Source of the DNA: Obrimoposthia wandeli
Lineage: Eukaryota
NCBI GenBank assembly: GCA_977020255.1
Contig: CDROCS010002735.1
Span: 124,001 to 188,000, forward strand
DNA: 64,000 nt
Direction of reading: 5' to 3'
Shown here: positions 1-10,449 of the stretch, piece by piece
How the letters are laid out: each line of letters opens with the position of its first letter
Numbering within the stretch: the stretch's first letter is position 1
The notes under the pieces: generated by a model
Told to the model about the DNA's origin: nothing
Database searches by the model: none
What the model saw: the letters and a program-made list of their open reading frames with translations, nothing else
Translations under genes and position numbers: made by a program

Positions 1-1
1 T

Positions 2-1387
2 TTTATTCTAGCCGCTGCAGGTAGTGCAGTTGGTATTGGTAATTTAGTTGGATTTCCCGTTAATGCTGCTAAAAATGGCGGTGGCGCATTCTTAGTTGTG
101 TACGCTTTATTTGTTATCGCCCTTTGCTTACCGGTAATGATTGCTGAGTTAGCTATGGGGCGCAGCACCCAAAAAGGCCCTGTGGGGGCATTCAATCAAT
201 TAGCAAAACGCAATATCATTTGGCGCGTAGCAGGCTTCTTGGGCATGCTAACACCCTTTATGATTGCCGTTTTTTACACCGTGATTAGTGTGTGGATTTT
301 AGGCTATCTTTTCATGGCTGCTACTGGTGATTTAGCCTTTCTAGCAGCCGATGGCACTTTTGGTAGTTATATCAGCAGCAGTCATATTTTTTCAGCGATG
401 TTCGGTGTAATAGTAATTATCTACTTAATTTTAAAAGTAGGTGTACAAGATGGTATTGAGAAAATCTCTAAAATACTAATGCCCGCATTATTCTTCATGT
501 TGATCGGCTTAGTCATTTTCGTTTTGACGCTAGATAACGCTGCAGCGGGGATTGAATTTTACCTCGTGCCTGATTTCTCAAAGATTACTGCTTCAGTCAT
601 CAACGGTGCGCTATCACAAGCTTTCTTCTCACTCTCTTTGGGTATGGGGATATTAGTCACTTACGGCTCGTATCTAACACGTCGCACTAATATAGTCGGT
701 TCTGCGAAGATGATTGCTCTGGCGGATACCGCTGTTGCTTTTATTGCCGGCTTAATGGTGATGCCAGCAATTTTCTCTTTTAATCCCGAAGTTGACCCAA
801 ATGAGCTAAGTAACTCTTCGGTCGGGTTAATTTTTGTTTTGCTACCTAAAATATTTCTGGCGCTACAAAGTTCAATAGGCTTTATCGGTGCTAGTTCTGT
901 CGCGACCTTATTCTTCTTATTAGTCTTTTTTGCGGCGATCACTTCACTGGTCTCTATCATTGAAGTACCAGTAGCCTACTTGATGGATGAAAAGCAACAA
1001 AGTCGTAAAAAGGCGCTATCCACTATTGGTATTTTTGGTGGATCGCTAATGGTATTAGTCAGTTTATCAATGGGCATGGTTAGCTTTTTAAGTGAAATGG
1101 TCAGCTACGGCAGTGGCGTTAAATCACTGTTTGATATCATCGTCGATATTTTCTACGATACCATTTTGCCATTAAACGGCTTACTGCTCTGTTTATTCGT
1201 TAGCTATCGTTGGAAGAAGCAAGCATTCAACCAAGAGCTGAGTATCGGAAATGAAGGTTTTGAGGGCTCACTAATGCAAAAATATCTCAATCTTTCACTC
1301 GGTACATTTATCCCTGTGGTGTTGTTGCTTATTTTCTTAAATACGCTTGCGGATAAATTCTTTGCATATTCACTGTTTGGGTTTTAA
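2..1387 (+). CDS. Sodium-dependent transporter, NSS/SNF family (5' end lies outside the window)
   Basis: Frame is open from base 2: FILAAAGSAVGIGNLVGFPVNAAKNGGGAFL is the NSS TM1 signature. Also contains QAFFSLSLGMG and about 12 hydrophobic segments. Confidence 0.93.
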   Translation, partial: FILAAAGSAVGIGNLVGFPVNAAKNGGGAFLVVYALFVIALCLPVMIAELAMGRSTQKGPVGAFNQLAKRNIIWRVAGFLGMLTPFMIAVFYTVISVWILGYLFMAATGDLAFLAADGTFGSYISSSHIFSAMFGVIVIIYLILKVGVQDGIEKISKILMPALFFMLIGLVIFVLTLDNAAAGIEFYLVPDFSKITASVINGALSQAFFSLSLGMGILVTYGSYLTRRTNIVGSAKMIALADTAVAFIAGLMVMPAIFSFNPEVDPNELSNSSVGLIFVLLPKIFLALQSSIGFIGASSVATLFFLLVFFAAITSLVSIIEVPVAYLMDEKQQSRKKALSTIGIFGGSLMVLVSLSMGMVSFLSEMVSYGSGVKSLFDIIVDIFYDTILPLNGLLLCLFVSYRWKKQAFNQELSIGNEGFEGSLMQKYLNLSLGTFIPVVLLLIFLNTLADKFFAYSLFGF

Positions 1388-1397
1388 GTAGCTTTTT

Positions 1398-1435
1398 TAC
1401 CTTAAAAAGGCTGCCGTCACAGCCTTTTTAAGGTA
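1398..1435. terminator. Perfect 16-bp hairpin, probable bidirectional intrinsic terminator
   Basis: taccttaaaaaggctg-ccgtca-cagcctttttaaggta, 10 nt after the NSS stop. Confidence 0.8.
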
Positions 1436-2126
1436 ATTATTTTGCAAGTCACTTTGAAAAAAACATACATACTTTGCACCCCGTATCGTTGCAGTTTTAC
1501 AATTTTGATATGATTGAATTCGTTAAAGATAATCGATTAGCGGATGACTATTGCAATAGTACAAAATAGCGACCAACACTCAATAGCCTTTGGACACTCA
1601 ACGCAAGCTTAGTAATGCAAAAATATTGATTGCCGCATAAGCCAGATTATTACTTCGCCTCTACAAGTTTACATTTTTATTGATGAACCAACTGATCCAA
1701 ACAAAACCACTTTTTAGCAGTGAATACTTAAACGATTAAGCTGCCTCACCTTTTAAGCTGCATAGCTAAAAAATGTAAATGCTTAGAACGTGCAGAAAGT
1801 CAAAATGCCTGCCACAGAGATTGCCGCTGACTCAAAGGTTGTCGACATTGCCTCATTTAAGGCAAATCATTAATGCCTATATCACAAATCACACCTTCAG
1901 CTAACCCGCTTATAACTCAGTAAATCGGTTCAATGATGTTCCTGAAAATTCAGATGCAAACTTGCGATCTATCGCTCGTGAACTTTGCGATATTCTATGA
2001 CAATGGATCTTTACTAGTCACTCGCTATCAATAACATGTAGTATAAGCCACTTGATAAGTGTACACTTATCAACTCTTCAATATCCTCCATTCTCTTACT
2101 ACATTAAAAAGATAAAGCGAATAAAA

Positions 2127-2354
2127 ATGCCCGATAAGTTTAATGAAGGCTGCTGTGATCACGGCGGCAAGCGTAGCGGTTGCGGCCGCAAGCCCGGTGT
2201 AAAAACTCAGCCGATTCGCCTGCCTGCATGGTTGCTTGAGCAATTGAGTGAACAAGGAGATCCTAGAGCGTTGATTATCGACGCCTGCCTTGCCCAACAC
2301 CCTTCTATAAAGTATCCGCCTACAAGCAAGGAAGACTTAGACAGTAATGACTAA
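2127..2354 (+). CDS. Small (75 aa) putative DNA-binding protein
   Basis: HGGKRSGCGRKPG motif (GGxRxGxGRK type) followed by TQPIRLP and a helix. Its stop overlaps the ATG of the ABC gene at 2347. ATG 2127 preferred to the track start at 2052. Confidence 0.6.
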   Translation: MPDKFNEGCCDHGGKRSGCGRKPGVKTQPIRLPAWLLEQLSEQGDPRALIIDACLAQHPSIKYPPTSKEDLDSND

Positions 2355-4191
2355 ATCAAAGTTTATAATTCACTATTTCATGTTGAACAAACATTCATAT
2401 TTGTTCGCAGTTGTTTGTATTTTTGTGGTCAATTATCTGCAAGTAGAAATTCCGCGTTACATCCAGCTTGCGGTTGATTTACTCAATCAATCAACGCTTG
2501 AATCGCAAGCGGGTTTGCTTGAAAACGTGCAGTGGGTGATCGGACTATCAGTGATCATGGTGGTGATCCGTATTCTGTCGCGCATGTACGCGTTAAACCC
2601 AGGGCGATTGACAGAAGCAACTTTAAAAAATGATGTTTTTCATCGCTTGAATCGCTTACCTGCAACCTTCCATGAGCGCTATGCCTCTGGCAAACTGATA
2701 TCCATTATCAATAATGACCTCACCGGCATTCGCCTGTTTTATGGCATCGGTTTTTTACAGTTTTTTAATATTTTGTTTGCATTGTCCCTTACACCGATTT
2801 GGATGTGGAGAATCTCTCCACAACTTACTATGTACTCGGTGGTTCCCATCGTCGTTGCCTCTATTATTTTCTGGCTGGGTTATAGAAAACTGCGCGCCTT
2901 ACAAGCAGAACGCTTGGTAAGTTTGCAGAAGCTGTCCGAGCAGCTGATGAACTATTTATCGGGCATCGACTTGATAAAAAATCAGCAAATGGGTGACTGG
3001 GCAACCAGCGAAGTTGATAAGGTTAATCGTCGTCTCTTTGTTTGCACGATGAAAATCGCCAAAATTCAAACCTTCTTCATGCCTATTTTAGATTACGCCA
3101 ACCACTTCATGAAAGTGCTAATTTTGGGGCTCGGCGGTTACTATCTTTTACAATCACAACTGTCGATTGGCGAGATTACCGCGTTTTTGTCTTACTCGGT
3201 ACTATTGGCTCTACCGCTGATGCACTTAGGCCGCATTGTTACCGTTTATCAAATGGGCATGATCAGTATTGATAGTGTGCAAAGTATTCTCAATAACGAT
3301 ATTCCCAGTACAGATATGCTGAGAATGGACGACGCTGAAAAAGCCACCTTACGAGGATCAACCCTCTGGGTAAAAAACCTCAGTTACCGCTACTCTGGTT
3401 CCGGTTCTAGCTCTGGTTCTAATTCTGGTTCTAAAAGTAAACTCAGTGAAGTCGTGCTAAAGAACCTCAATTTCTCCATAAAAGCCGGCGAAAAAGTGGG
3501 CGTTTTGGGCAGCATTGGCTCGGGAAAAAGTACCTTAGTAAATTGTTTGAATCATCATTTATCCATTGAAACGGGGCAAATTTTTTGGGGTGACAAAGAT
3601 ATTACGCAAATGTCACGTAAGGATTGGCGCAGCTATGTGCGTACCATTACCCAAGAGCCTTTTCTGTTTTCCGATACCGTTGCTGAGAATGTTACCTTCG
3701 GAGCCAAACGCCAAGCTCAAAGTAAAGGTAAAGGTAAAGGTAAAACCGCAGATGATTTCGATGTCGAGCAAGTGCTCAAACTCAGCCAGCTAAGTGAAGA
3801 TGTACAACGCTTTAGCAGTGGCGATCAAACCTTAGTAGGTGAAAAAGGAATAATGCTATCAGGTGGCCAAAAGCAACGCCTCAGTATCGCCCGTGCTCTT
3901 CTCACCCCCTGCGACCTTATCATTATGGACAATGTGTTATCGGCGGTGGATTACGAAACTGAGCGATCCATTCTAAAAGGCGTATTCAAGCGGATGCAGG
4001 GGCAGAGTTTGCTGGTCGTTTCTCATCGCGTTAGCGCACTGGAATACATGGACAATATTTTGGTGTTGGAACAAGGTGAAATCATCGCCCGTGGCACTCA
4101 CGCTCAATTACTTAAATCGTCTAGCTATTACCGCCAAACATGGGAATTACAGCAGCATGAATTGCAAAGCGAGTCGGAGACTGCCACATGA
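2347..4191 (+). CDS. ABC exporter, fused TMD-NBD subunit 1 (MdlA/TmrA-like, degenerate site)
   Basis: N-terminal TM domain, Walker A GSIGSGKST, LSGGQKQR signature, Walker B LIIMDN (catalytic Glu replaced by Asn). Confidence 0.9.
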   Translation: MTKSKFIIHYFMLNKHSYLFAVVCIFVVNYLQVEIPRYIQLAVDLLNQSTLESQAGLLENVQWVIGLSVIMVVIRILSRMYALNPGRLTEATLKNDVFHRLNRLPATFHERYASGKLISIINNDLTGIRLFYGIGFLQFFNILFALSLTPIWMWRISPQLTMYSVVPIVVASIIFWLGYRKLRALQAERLVSLQKLSEQLMNYLSGIDLIKNQQMGDWATSEVDKVNRRLFVCTMKIAKIQTFFMPILDYANHFMKVLILGLGGYYLLQSQLSIGEITAFLSYSVLLALPLMHLGRIVTVYQMGMISIDSVQSILNNDIPSTDMLRMDDAEKATLRGSTLWVKNLSYRYSGSGSSSGSNSGSKSKLSEVVLKNLNFSIKAGEKVGVLGSIGSGKSTLVNCLNHHLSIETGQIFWGDKDITQMSRKDWRSYVRTITQEPFLFSDTVAENVTFGAKRQAQSKGKGKGKTADDFDVEQVLKLSQLSEDVQRFSSGDQTLVGEKGIMLSGGQKQRLSIARALLTPCDLIIMDNVLSAVDYETERSILKGVFKRMQGQSLLVVSHRVSALEYMDNILVLEQGEIIARGTHAQLLKSSSYYRQTWELQQHELQSESETAT

Positions 4192-5969
4192 TTAAATCTC
4201 TTGATGTGCAATACCTCAAACACTTCTTTAAGTATGCATCACGCTACAAAAAAACGGCCGTCATTGGTTTGCTAATGATGCCAATATCAGTACTGGCTAA
4301 TTTACTGTTCCCCTGGTTGGTTATTCAAGTCATTGACGAGCACCTCACTCCCGGCAAATACGATGGGCTGATGATGCTAATTGCCTTCATGTTGGTGGTA
4401 TTAGTGGTCAACTACGTTGCCGATGCCATCTACACTTATTGCTTGCGCATGACCGGGCAGAAGGCTATTTTTGATATTCGTATGGCCCTGTTTAAGCGCG
4501 TGTTGAAACTACCCAGAACCTATTATGACAAAACCCCCACGGGGGTCACGTTATCGCGCTTAACCAGTGATTTAGAAGTCATCGGTGATTCGTTTGTACT
4601 GGGCGTACTGAGTTTGGTAAAAGACTCCATCAATACGCTGGCAGTGCTAATATTTATGTTTTTCATTAACTGGCAATTAGCTTTGTTAGTTTTACTGATA
4701 TTTCCGCCGGTGCTAATGCTGACTCAGTATGTGCGCAATCGCCTGCGGGCAATGTATGCCATCACGCGCTCATCTTTGGCCAAAAGCACCGGCTTTTTGC
4801 AAGAGTGTTTGTTAGGCGTAAAAACCGTGCAATTATATGGCGCCGAGGCAGAGGTAGAAGCTAAGTATCATCGTTACACCGAAGATTTCTTGCGCGCGCA
4901 ATTAAAGACCAATAAATACGATGCCAGCCTGTTCTCAGTGATAACGGGTATCACCTCTATCACTATCGGACTGATTATTTGGTATGGATCCGGTAAAGTA
5001 CTCGCGGGAGTGGTCAGCCTTGGCGTATTGATAGCCTTCATTAATACCCTAGAAAAAGTGTTCGTACCGCTGCGCGACTTCACTTCACAAATTGCCTCTA
5101 TACAGCGCTCTTTCGCCGCCTTTGAGCACATCGAAGAACTGTTTGTAGAAGACTTAGAAGAACAAGGGCTAACACTTTTACCCGCAGAATCCTTAAAGAA
5201 TAAACTGGCTAATTTCGAAACACTCGAATTCAAAAATGTGCGTTTTCGCTATAACGGCGCCGGCCCTTATGTTTTAAATGATGTGTCCTTTATTCTCAAC
5301 AAAGGAGAACAATTAGCCTTAGTCGGTACCACGGGCTCAGGCAAGTCGACGATCATTCGCATCATGAATAAAACCTACCTGAACTACCAAGGTAGTATTC
5401 TTCTAAACGGCATTGAACTGTCAAGTATTCCCAAAGATTCAATGTTGCACTTATTCTCCTTGATGCAACAAGACGTGTTTTTGTTTGAACAGAATATCCA
5501 TTTTAATATTTCTCTAGGCAGCGATCAAATCGCAGAAGATGCCGTGATCGATGCCGCGGAATACGTTTATGCCCACGACTTTATTTTGGGGCTGGTTGAT
5601 CAGTACCAGTTTGAACTAAAAAATAATGGCAGTAATTTGTCAGCGGGCCAAGCTCAGCTGATTTCCTTTGCGCGCTCAGTGGCGCAAGGCGGACAAGTGA
5701 TGATGCTCGATGAAGCCACCAGTTCGGTAGATTCCATCACCGAAAACTTGATCCAGAAAGCTATTGGACGTTTGTTTGAAGAAAAAACGGTGATTGCGAT
5801 TGCTCACCGCCTAAGTACGATTCGCCATTCTGATCAAATTTTGGTGCTCAACCAAGGTAAAATTGTAGAGCGAGGCAACCATTATGACCTACTGGCGATG
5901 TCAGGTGTTTATGCAAGCTTACTCACGGATAGCGCTAATATTGAAGACGACGAGGTTACGATTGATTGA
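4188..5969 (+). CDS. ABC exporter, fused TMD-NBD subunit 2 (MdlB/TmrB-like)
   Basis: Walker A GTTGSGKST, LSAGQAQL, Walker B VMMLDE, IAHRLST. ATGA overlap with subunit 1. Confidence 0.9.
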   Translation: MIKSLDVQYLKHFFKYASRYKKTAVIGLLMMPISVLANLLFPWLVIQVIDEHLTPGKYDGLMMLIAFMLVVLVVNYVADAIYTYCLRMTGQKAIFDIRMALFKRVLKLPRTYYDKTPTGVTLSRLTSDLEVIGDSFVLGVLSLVKDSINTLAVLIFMFFINWQLALLVLLIFPPVLMLTQYVRNRLRAMYAITRSSLAKSTGFLQECLLGVKTVQLYGAEAEVEAKYHRYTEDFLRAQLKTNKYDASLFSVITGITSITIGLIIWYGSGKVLAGVVSLGVLIAFINTLEKVFVPLRDFTSQIASIQRSFAAFEHIEELFVEDLEEQGLTLLPAESLKNKLANFETLEFKNVRFRYNGAGPYVLNDVSFILNKGEQLALVGTTGSGKSTIIRIMNKTYLNYQGSILLNGIELSSIPKDSMLHLFSLMQQDVFLFEQNIHFNISLGSDQIAEDAVIDAAEYVYAHDFILGLVDQYQFELKNNGSNLSAGQAQLISFARSVAQGGQVMMLDEATSSVDSITENLIQKAIGRLFEEKTVIAIAHRLSTIRHSDQILVLNQGKIVERGNHYDLLAMSGVYASLLTDSANIEDDEVTID

Positions 5970-6067
5970 TTTTGAGGACCAGAAGCTTGCGAGACATCCC
6001 TGCTGAATTTAATCTGATTGCACATCGCTGATCTAATAATTAGCGCTAACACTTAAGAAACCTATCT

Positions 6068-6235
6068 TTAAATTAAATCATCAATTAGCGGGTTCTGCAT
6101 GCGTATAGAGATCGCTTTTAAACCCACCGCTTCATCTAAAACCAAATCATTGAATATTGATTTCTTAACAAACTCATTTTCTGCGCCAAGCTTACGCGTA
6201 TCCCAAGCTTCATCAGTGCCTATAATTTTTTCCAT
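6068..6235 (-). pseudogene. Truncated CopG/BrnA-like antitoxin
   Basis: GAGGTG RBS, then MEKIIGTDEAWDTRKLGA...VGLKAISIRMQNPLIDDLI*. It stops inside the predicted ribbon-helix-helix, where I recall homologues continuing. Confidence 0.6.
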
Positions 6236-6265
6236 ATTCATCACCTCTACCATACTACACGTCTA

Positions 6266-6547
6266 TTAGTATGCGTGCTTCTCATATATACCTAATTCAA
6301 TTTCGTTAGGGACGTATGCTGTTTTAATTGCAACACCCTCATCGTTAACAATAAAAACAACCTTCAGTAATCGGCCAGAGTCTGTTTGTGCAATAAACCA
6401 TTGAGTGACAGGGTCTGTTCGATGATCTTCTCTTGTATCCTCAAGTAAGGAGCCGTCGCGGTTGCCAAAACATTGAACAATTTCATTTCTGCTGACTCCA
6501 TGCTTAGAAGCTAGTTTGCGCATCATTTTGATGAGATTGTAATGCAT
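6266..6547 (-). CDS. Putative BrnT/RelE-like toxin of a type II TA pair
   Basis: KHGVS..EI.QCF.NR...LLEDTREDHRTDP.TQWFIA.T..GRLLKVVF...IKTAY.P pattern, directly upstream of the antitoxin-like ORF. Confidence 0.65.
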   Translation of the reverse strand: MHYNLIKMMRKLASKHGVSRNEIVQCFGNRDGSLLEDTREDHRTDPVTQWFIAQTDSGRLLKVVFIVNDEGVAIKTAYVPNEIELGIYEKHAY

Positions 6548-6855
6548 GAACTACTCTTTATTACGGTCTATGTTTTTCCATCAGACATCTCTATTATCAG
6601 ATTACTTTATAATTGCCACTAATTTGCATATGCTTGAAGAGCTACCAGCTTCAGTTGTATATACATGCTCACGCTGACTATTTTAAGGTGTAGGGCTACG
6701 CGGCAATGCTGATCAACCCCTCGTTCCATCTTAAGGAGTCATCCAGAAGTTTACGCATGCCTGACCGATAATAGAGTGCAACATACCGTCATTACACATT
6801 CCTGTAACTCAATTTGATAACGACAAGTATTCTAAACCTCCACTGATGAGCTTGC

Positions 6856-7536
6856 TTAACGAATCATTCTAAACCAACGCCACAAACTCAAAACATCAGC
6901 AAGTGCTGCGGCAACATAAGTCAATGCGCAAGCTTTTAGAATCTGCCTCGCAGCGGCCATATGCTCTGCAGGCAAATACCCTTGCGCTAAAATAGGTAAT
7001 GCTTTCTTATAACTTGCATCATATTCTTCAGGCAAAATAGCGGCGTACATAAACACCGAAGACAGCATCGTTAACAAGCCAACAGATACCCCAATAAACA
7101 TAATTACTGGGCTTTTCAACACGATAGTAAATATTGGGATGCTCATCATTATCATCGATCCCAAACGTTTGACTAACAATGCCTTTGATAAATAGCGCTG
7201 GCGTAATTTTGTGACGGGCTCATCGTTATTAAATTGAATTGCATGGCCAATTTCGTGAGCGGCAACCGCAACCGCTGTCAAAGATTTACCTTCAAAGACA
7301 TCAGGGCTTAGGCAAACTATTTTTTCCTCAGGTGAATAATAATTCTCCCCTGCCGCCCCACGCACAACTTGCACATCTGTTAGCTTAAAACGCTCAATAA
7401 GGTGTGTGGCTAACTCAGCGCCTGTTCCCGGCATATTGTCTATCGGTGTTGAGTATTTATGCAATACGAAGCGCACCCATAACGATGGGCCGTAAATTAC
7501 TAATAACACTAAACAAATTAATAAAAGGTAAATCAT
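6856..7536 (-). CDS. Putative neutral zinc metallopeptidase (YugP-like)
   Basis: AVAAHEIGHAIQ HExxH motif, LPEEYDAS, AxALTYVAAA and membrane segments. Confidence 0.88.
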   Translation of the reverse strand: MIYLLLICLVLLVIYGPSLWVRFVLHKYSTPIDNMPGTGAELATHLIERFKLTDVQVVRGAAGENYYSPEEKIVCLSPDVFEGKSLTAVAVAAHEIGHAIQFNNDEPVTKLRQRYLSKALLVKRLGSMIMMSIPIFTIVLKSPVIMFIGVSVGLLTMLSSVFMYAAILPEEYDASYKKALPILAQGYLPAEHMAAARQILKACALTYVAAALADVLSLWRWFRMIR

Positions 7537-7881
7537 GTTTTATAGATCACTAAGCAAAAGAGTTATAAATAAAAAAAGAGTTTGTGAGGTGCTTTTCACT
7601 AAGAGTTCTCACTAGGCAATTGTACATTATTTTCAAATTAACTACCCGTCATCAGCGCCATAGAAGCAGCGTGGGTATTTATTTATGATCTTATTGATTC
7701 AATAATAGCGGTAGGTATATTTCTGGTATTTAATTAAGATAATTATTCGAAAACATTGACTTTAAACTCCTGCCGCACGCGTTTATCAACCGTTTTATAG
7801 AAAACAGTATATTGTGATCTAGCAATTAGATTTTAAGTTATATATAAGGTTTTCGAGACCACCCTAACAGCCAGCCCTTAC

Positions 7882-8793
7882 CTAAAGTAAAGGGTATTGT
7901 TCTGAAAACGCTTGTGACTTTCGTTTTAAAAAATCGATCACTGTTCTCATTTTATGACTTGGATAATCGGTTTGCAGATAAACGAGCTGCAACGGAATAT
8001 GTTCTGCCAATTGATCCGCAAACAGTAATACTAATTCTCCATTGTGCACTTCCTTGGCAACATCAAACCAACTTTTATAAGCGATTCCCTGCCCATCAAG
8101 TACCCAATCTTTTATTACCGCCCCATCATTGCAAACCTTATTACCGGTGACATAAACATCATATTGTTTCACTTTGTTGCGAAAACGCCATTTATCCCAA
8201 AGCTCTCCCCCTCGATTTAGCAGGAGTATTTGGTGATTTCGCAGCTCTGTCGGGTGCAAAGGGCAGCCATGGTTTTGAATGTAATTTGGCGATGCCACCG
8301 CTACTCTTGGCATCACCCCGAGTTGCCGGCGTATTAAGTTTGAATCTTCTAGCTGCCCATAGCGTATAGCTAATTGCACATTATTACTTATAAGGTCTGT
8401 CATTTGATCGCCAAAAAACAGAGATAAGACGATTTCAGGGGCGGATTCAGAAAACTCATCTAGCCATGCTCGAATAATATTACGGCCAAGATCTGATGGT
8501 AAAGCGATACGAAGCTCACCTTTTAGCTCGCTGCGTTTATCGGCAAGTGCATTACCAGCATTATCCAAAAGTACCAGCGCTTGGCGGCCAGACTCAATAA
8601 AAAGGTGGCCCTCTTCGGTGAGGGTCATCTGCCTAGTAGAACGCGAAAATAGTAAGCAACCGAGCTTTTTCTCCAACCGTTGCAGGGCCGCACTTGCTGC
8701 AGCGGGTGTCATGCCAAGTTCGCGCCCCGCGGCGGAGATATTCTGTAAGTCGGCAATTCGGATAGCTAACTGAAGATCATTCAAATGATACAT
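7882..8793 (-). CDS. LysR family regulator (DmlR/CrgA-like), divergent from the alkene reductase
   Basis: N-terminal HTH (NISAAGRELGMTPAAASAALQRLE..LG..LF.RSTR) and LysR substrate-binding domain. Confidence 0.93.
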   Translation of the reverse strand: MYHLNDLQLAIRIADLQNISAAGRELGMTPAAASAALQRLEKKLGCLLFSRSTRQMTLTEEGHLFIESGRQALVLLDNAGNALADKRSELKGELRIALPSDLGRNIIRAWLDEFSESAPEIVLSLFFGDQMTDLISNNVQLAIRYGQLEDSNLIRRQLGVMPRVAVASPNYIQNHGCPLHPTELRNHQILLLNRGGELWDKWRFRNKVKQYDVYVTGNKVCNDGAVIKDWVLDGQGIAYKSWFDVAKEVHNGELVLLFADQLAEHIPLQLVYLQTDYPSHKMRTVIDFLKRKSQAFSEQYPLL

Positions 8794-8987
8794 ATCAAAA
8801 ACTTTTTGAAAATGATTATCATATTAGCCTAGTTATCAATATATGTTAATAGGGATACACTCTTTAACAGCATATGACTATGAGTGATTATCAATATTCG
8901 GCAAGCCCGAAGCAGTGACCTTTAATCAATCACTTTAGATATGGTTAGCAATACTCAACGTTTTCTAAACTTACAACCGGAGCTAAT

Positions 8988-10091
8988 ATGAGCCTTTTTA
9001 CCCCATACCATAAAGCCAATTTATCGTTGCACAATCGTATTGTCATGGCACCTATGACACGCTCTAGAACCAATCAGCCAGGTAATATCCCCAATGAGAT
9101 GATGGCCACTTATTACGGACAACGTGCTTCATCCGGGTTGATTATTAGTGAAGCCACCCAAATTTCTGACGATAGCCAAGGTTATTCATTCACCCCAGGT
9201 GTTTATACTCAAGAGCAAATAGCCGGTTGGCAAAAAGTAACAGCTGCTGTACATCACGCAGGCGGCCATATATTTAATCAACTTTGGCATGTAGGTCGGG
9301 TATCACACCCTGTATTTCAACAAGGTAAAGCGCCGATAGCACCTTCGCCGATCAAACCTACCGATACTCAAGTGTGGATTGTCGATGCCACTTATCCTGA
9401 CGGAAGCATGGTAGATTGCCAAACACCCAGAGAGATGGACCAAGCTGATATTGATCGCGTTGTTGCAGATTTTGCAAAAGCAGCTGAAAACTCGATTGCT
9501 GCAGGATTCGATGGCATTGAAATCCATGGGGGAAATGGTTACCTTATCGATCAATTTTTACGCACTAACTCTAATCATAGAACCGATGAATATGGTGGTT
9601 CGCCACTAAAGCGTATTCAATTTCTACTAGATGTTGTAGAAGCTGTCAGTGCAAAGATTGGTTCAGGCAAAGTAGGTGTTAGATTGGCGCCGTTTGTCAC
9701 TTTTAAAGATATGGCTTGCCCCGAGATCGTCGAAACAATCTTATTGGCAGCGGAGCATCTAAACCGCTTGGGCGTTACTTATATTCATCTTAGTGAAGCT
9801 GATTGGGACGATGCACCACAAATCCCTAAGAGTTTTCGTATCAAATTAAGAAACGTTTTCAATGGCACTATTATAGTAGCGGGCCGTTATGATACTGAAC
9901 GTGCAAATAAGATAATCGAAAACGGTTATGCCGATCTCGTTGCTTTTGGGCGCTCATACATTGCAAATCCCGATCTACCTTATCGATTACAATATCAATT
10001 GCCTTTAGCTGAGTTTACTAAAGGACCATTGTTCGGTGGTGGAGCACTGGGGTATATTGATTATCCTGTTTATGAGAATGTTGAAATTTAA
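8988..10091 (+). CDS. nemA: Alkene reductase, old yellow enzyme family (NemA-like)
   Basis: NRIVMAPMTRSR, QLWHVGRVSH, GFDGIEIHGGNGYLIDQFL, DEYGGS, VAFGRSYIANPDL. Confidence 0.9.
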   Translation: MSLFTPYHKANLSLHNRIVMAPMTRSRTNQPGNIPNEMMATYYGQRASSGLIISEATQISDDSQGYSFTPGVYTQEQIAGWQKVTAAVHHAGGHIFNQLWHVGRVSHPVFQQGKAPIAPSPIKPTDTQVWIVDATYPDGSMVDCQTPREMDQADIDRVVADFAKAAENSIAAGFDGIEIHGGNGYLIDQFLRTNSNHRTDEYGGSPLKRIQFLLDVVEAVSAKIGSGKVGVRLAPFVTFKDMACPEIVETILLAAEHLNRLGVTYIHLSEADWDDAPQIPKSFRIKLRNVFNGTIIVAGRYDTERANKIIENGYADLVAFGRSYIANPDLPYRLQYQLPLAEFTKGPLFGGGALGYIDYPVYENVEI

Positions 10092-10100
10092 TAATAGGGT

Positions 10101-10132
10101 CGCTATTTATCCCTTATAAGGGGTAAATAGCG
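10101..10132. terminator. Hairpin, probable terminator
   Basis: cgctatttatccctt-at-aaggggtaaatagcg, 10 nt after the nemA stop. Confidence 0.65.
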
Positions 10133-10449
10133 AAGCCAACAAATTAAATGACCTAAGCGGTTTCGGCTATAAGTTTTTTAAGGCAATTATTGAATTAATT
10201 TTGTGTGCCCAGAAGAAACCGAACCAAAAGCAAAAGCCACTATTACTTTTACAGCCTCCGAAAATAATCTAGGATAGTTACTTTTGGTATTTCAAGAATT
10301 GGCAGTATGTTCATTGCACGAGTAATTCCCATAAACAGGACACACTGACTCCACCATTGCAGAGATATCTACCTTGTCTTAGCTATGTTCGCTAAGTTAT
10401 TCAGATAACGTAGCTACCAACCAATCTAAAACTCTAGCCTCTGTGAGCA

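Noticed and set aside
661-960. This and the other antisense or nested ORFs of 60-140 aa in the track that overlap long genes
   Set aside because: They are shadows of well-supported genes on the opposite strand or frame, with no independent RBS or motif evidence.
1545-2012. Protein-like fragments between the NSS transporter and the ABC operon
   Set aside because: Multiple stops in all frames and no recognisable family; possibly a decayed gene, but not supportable.
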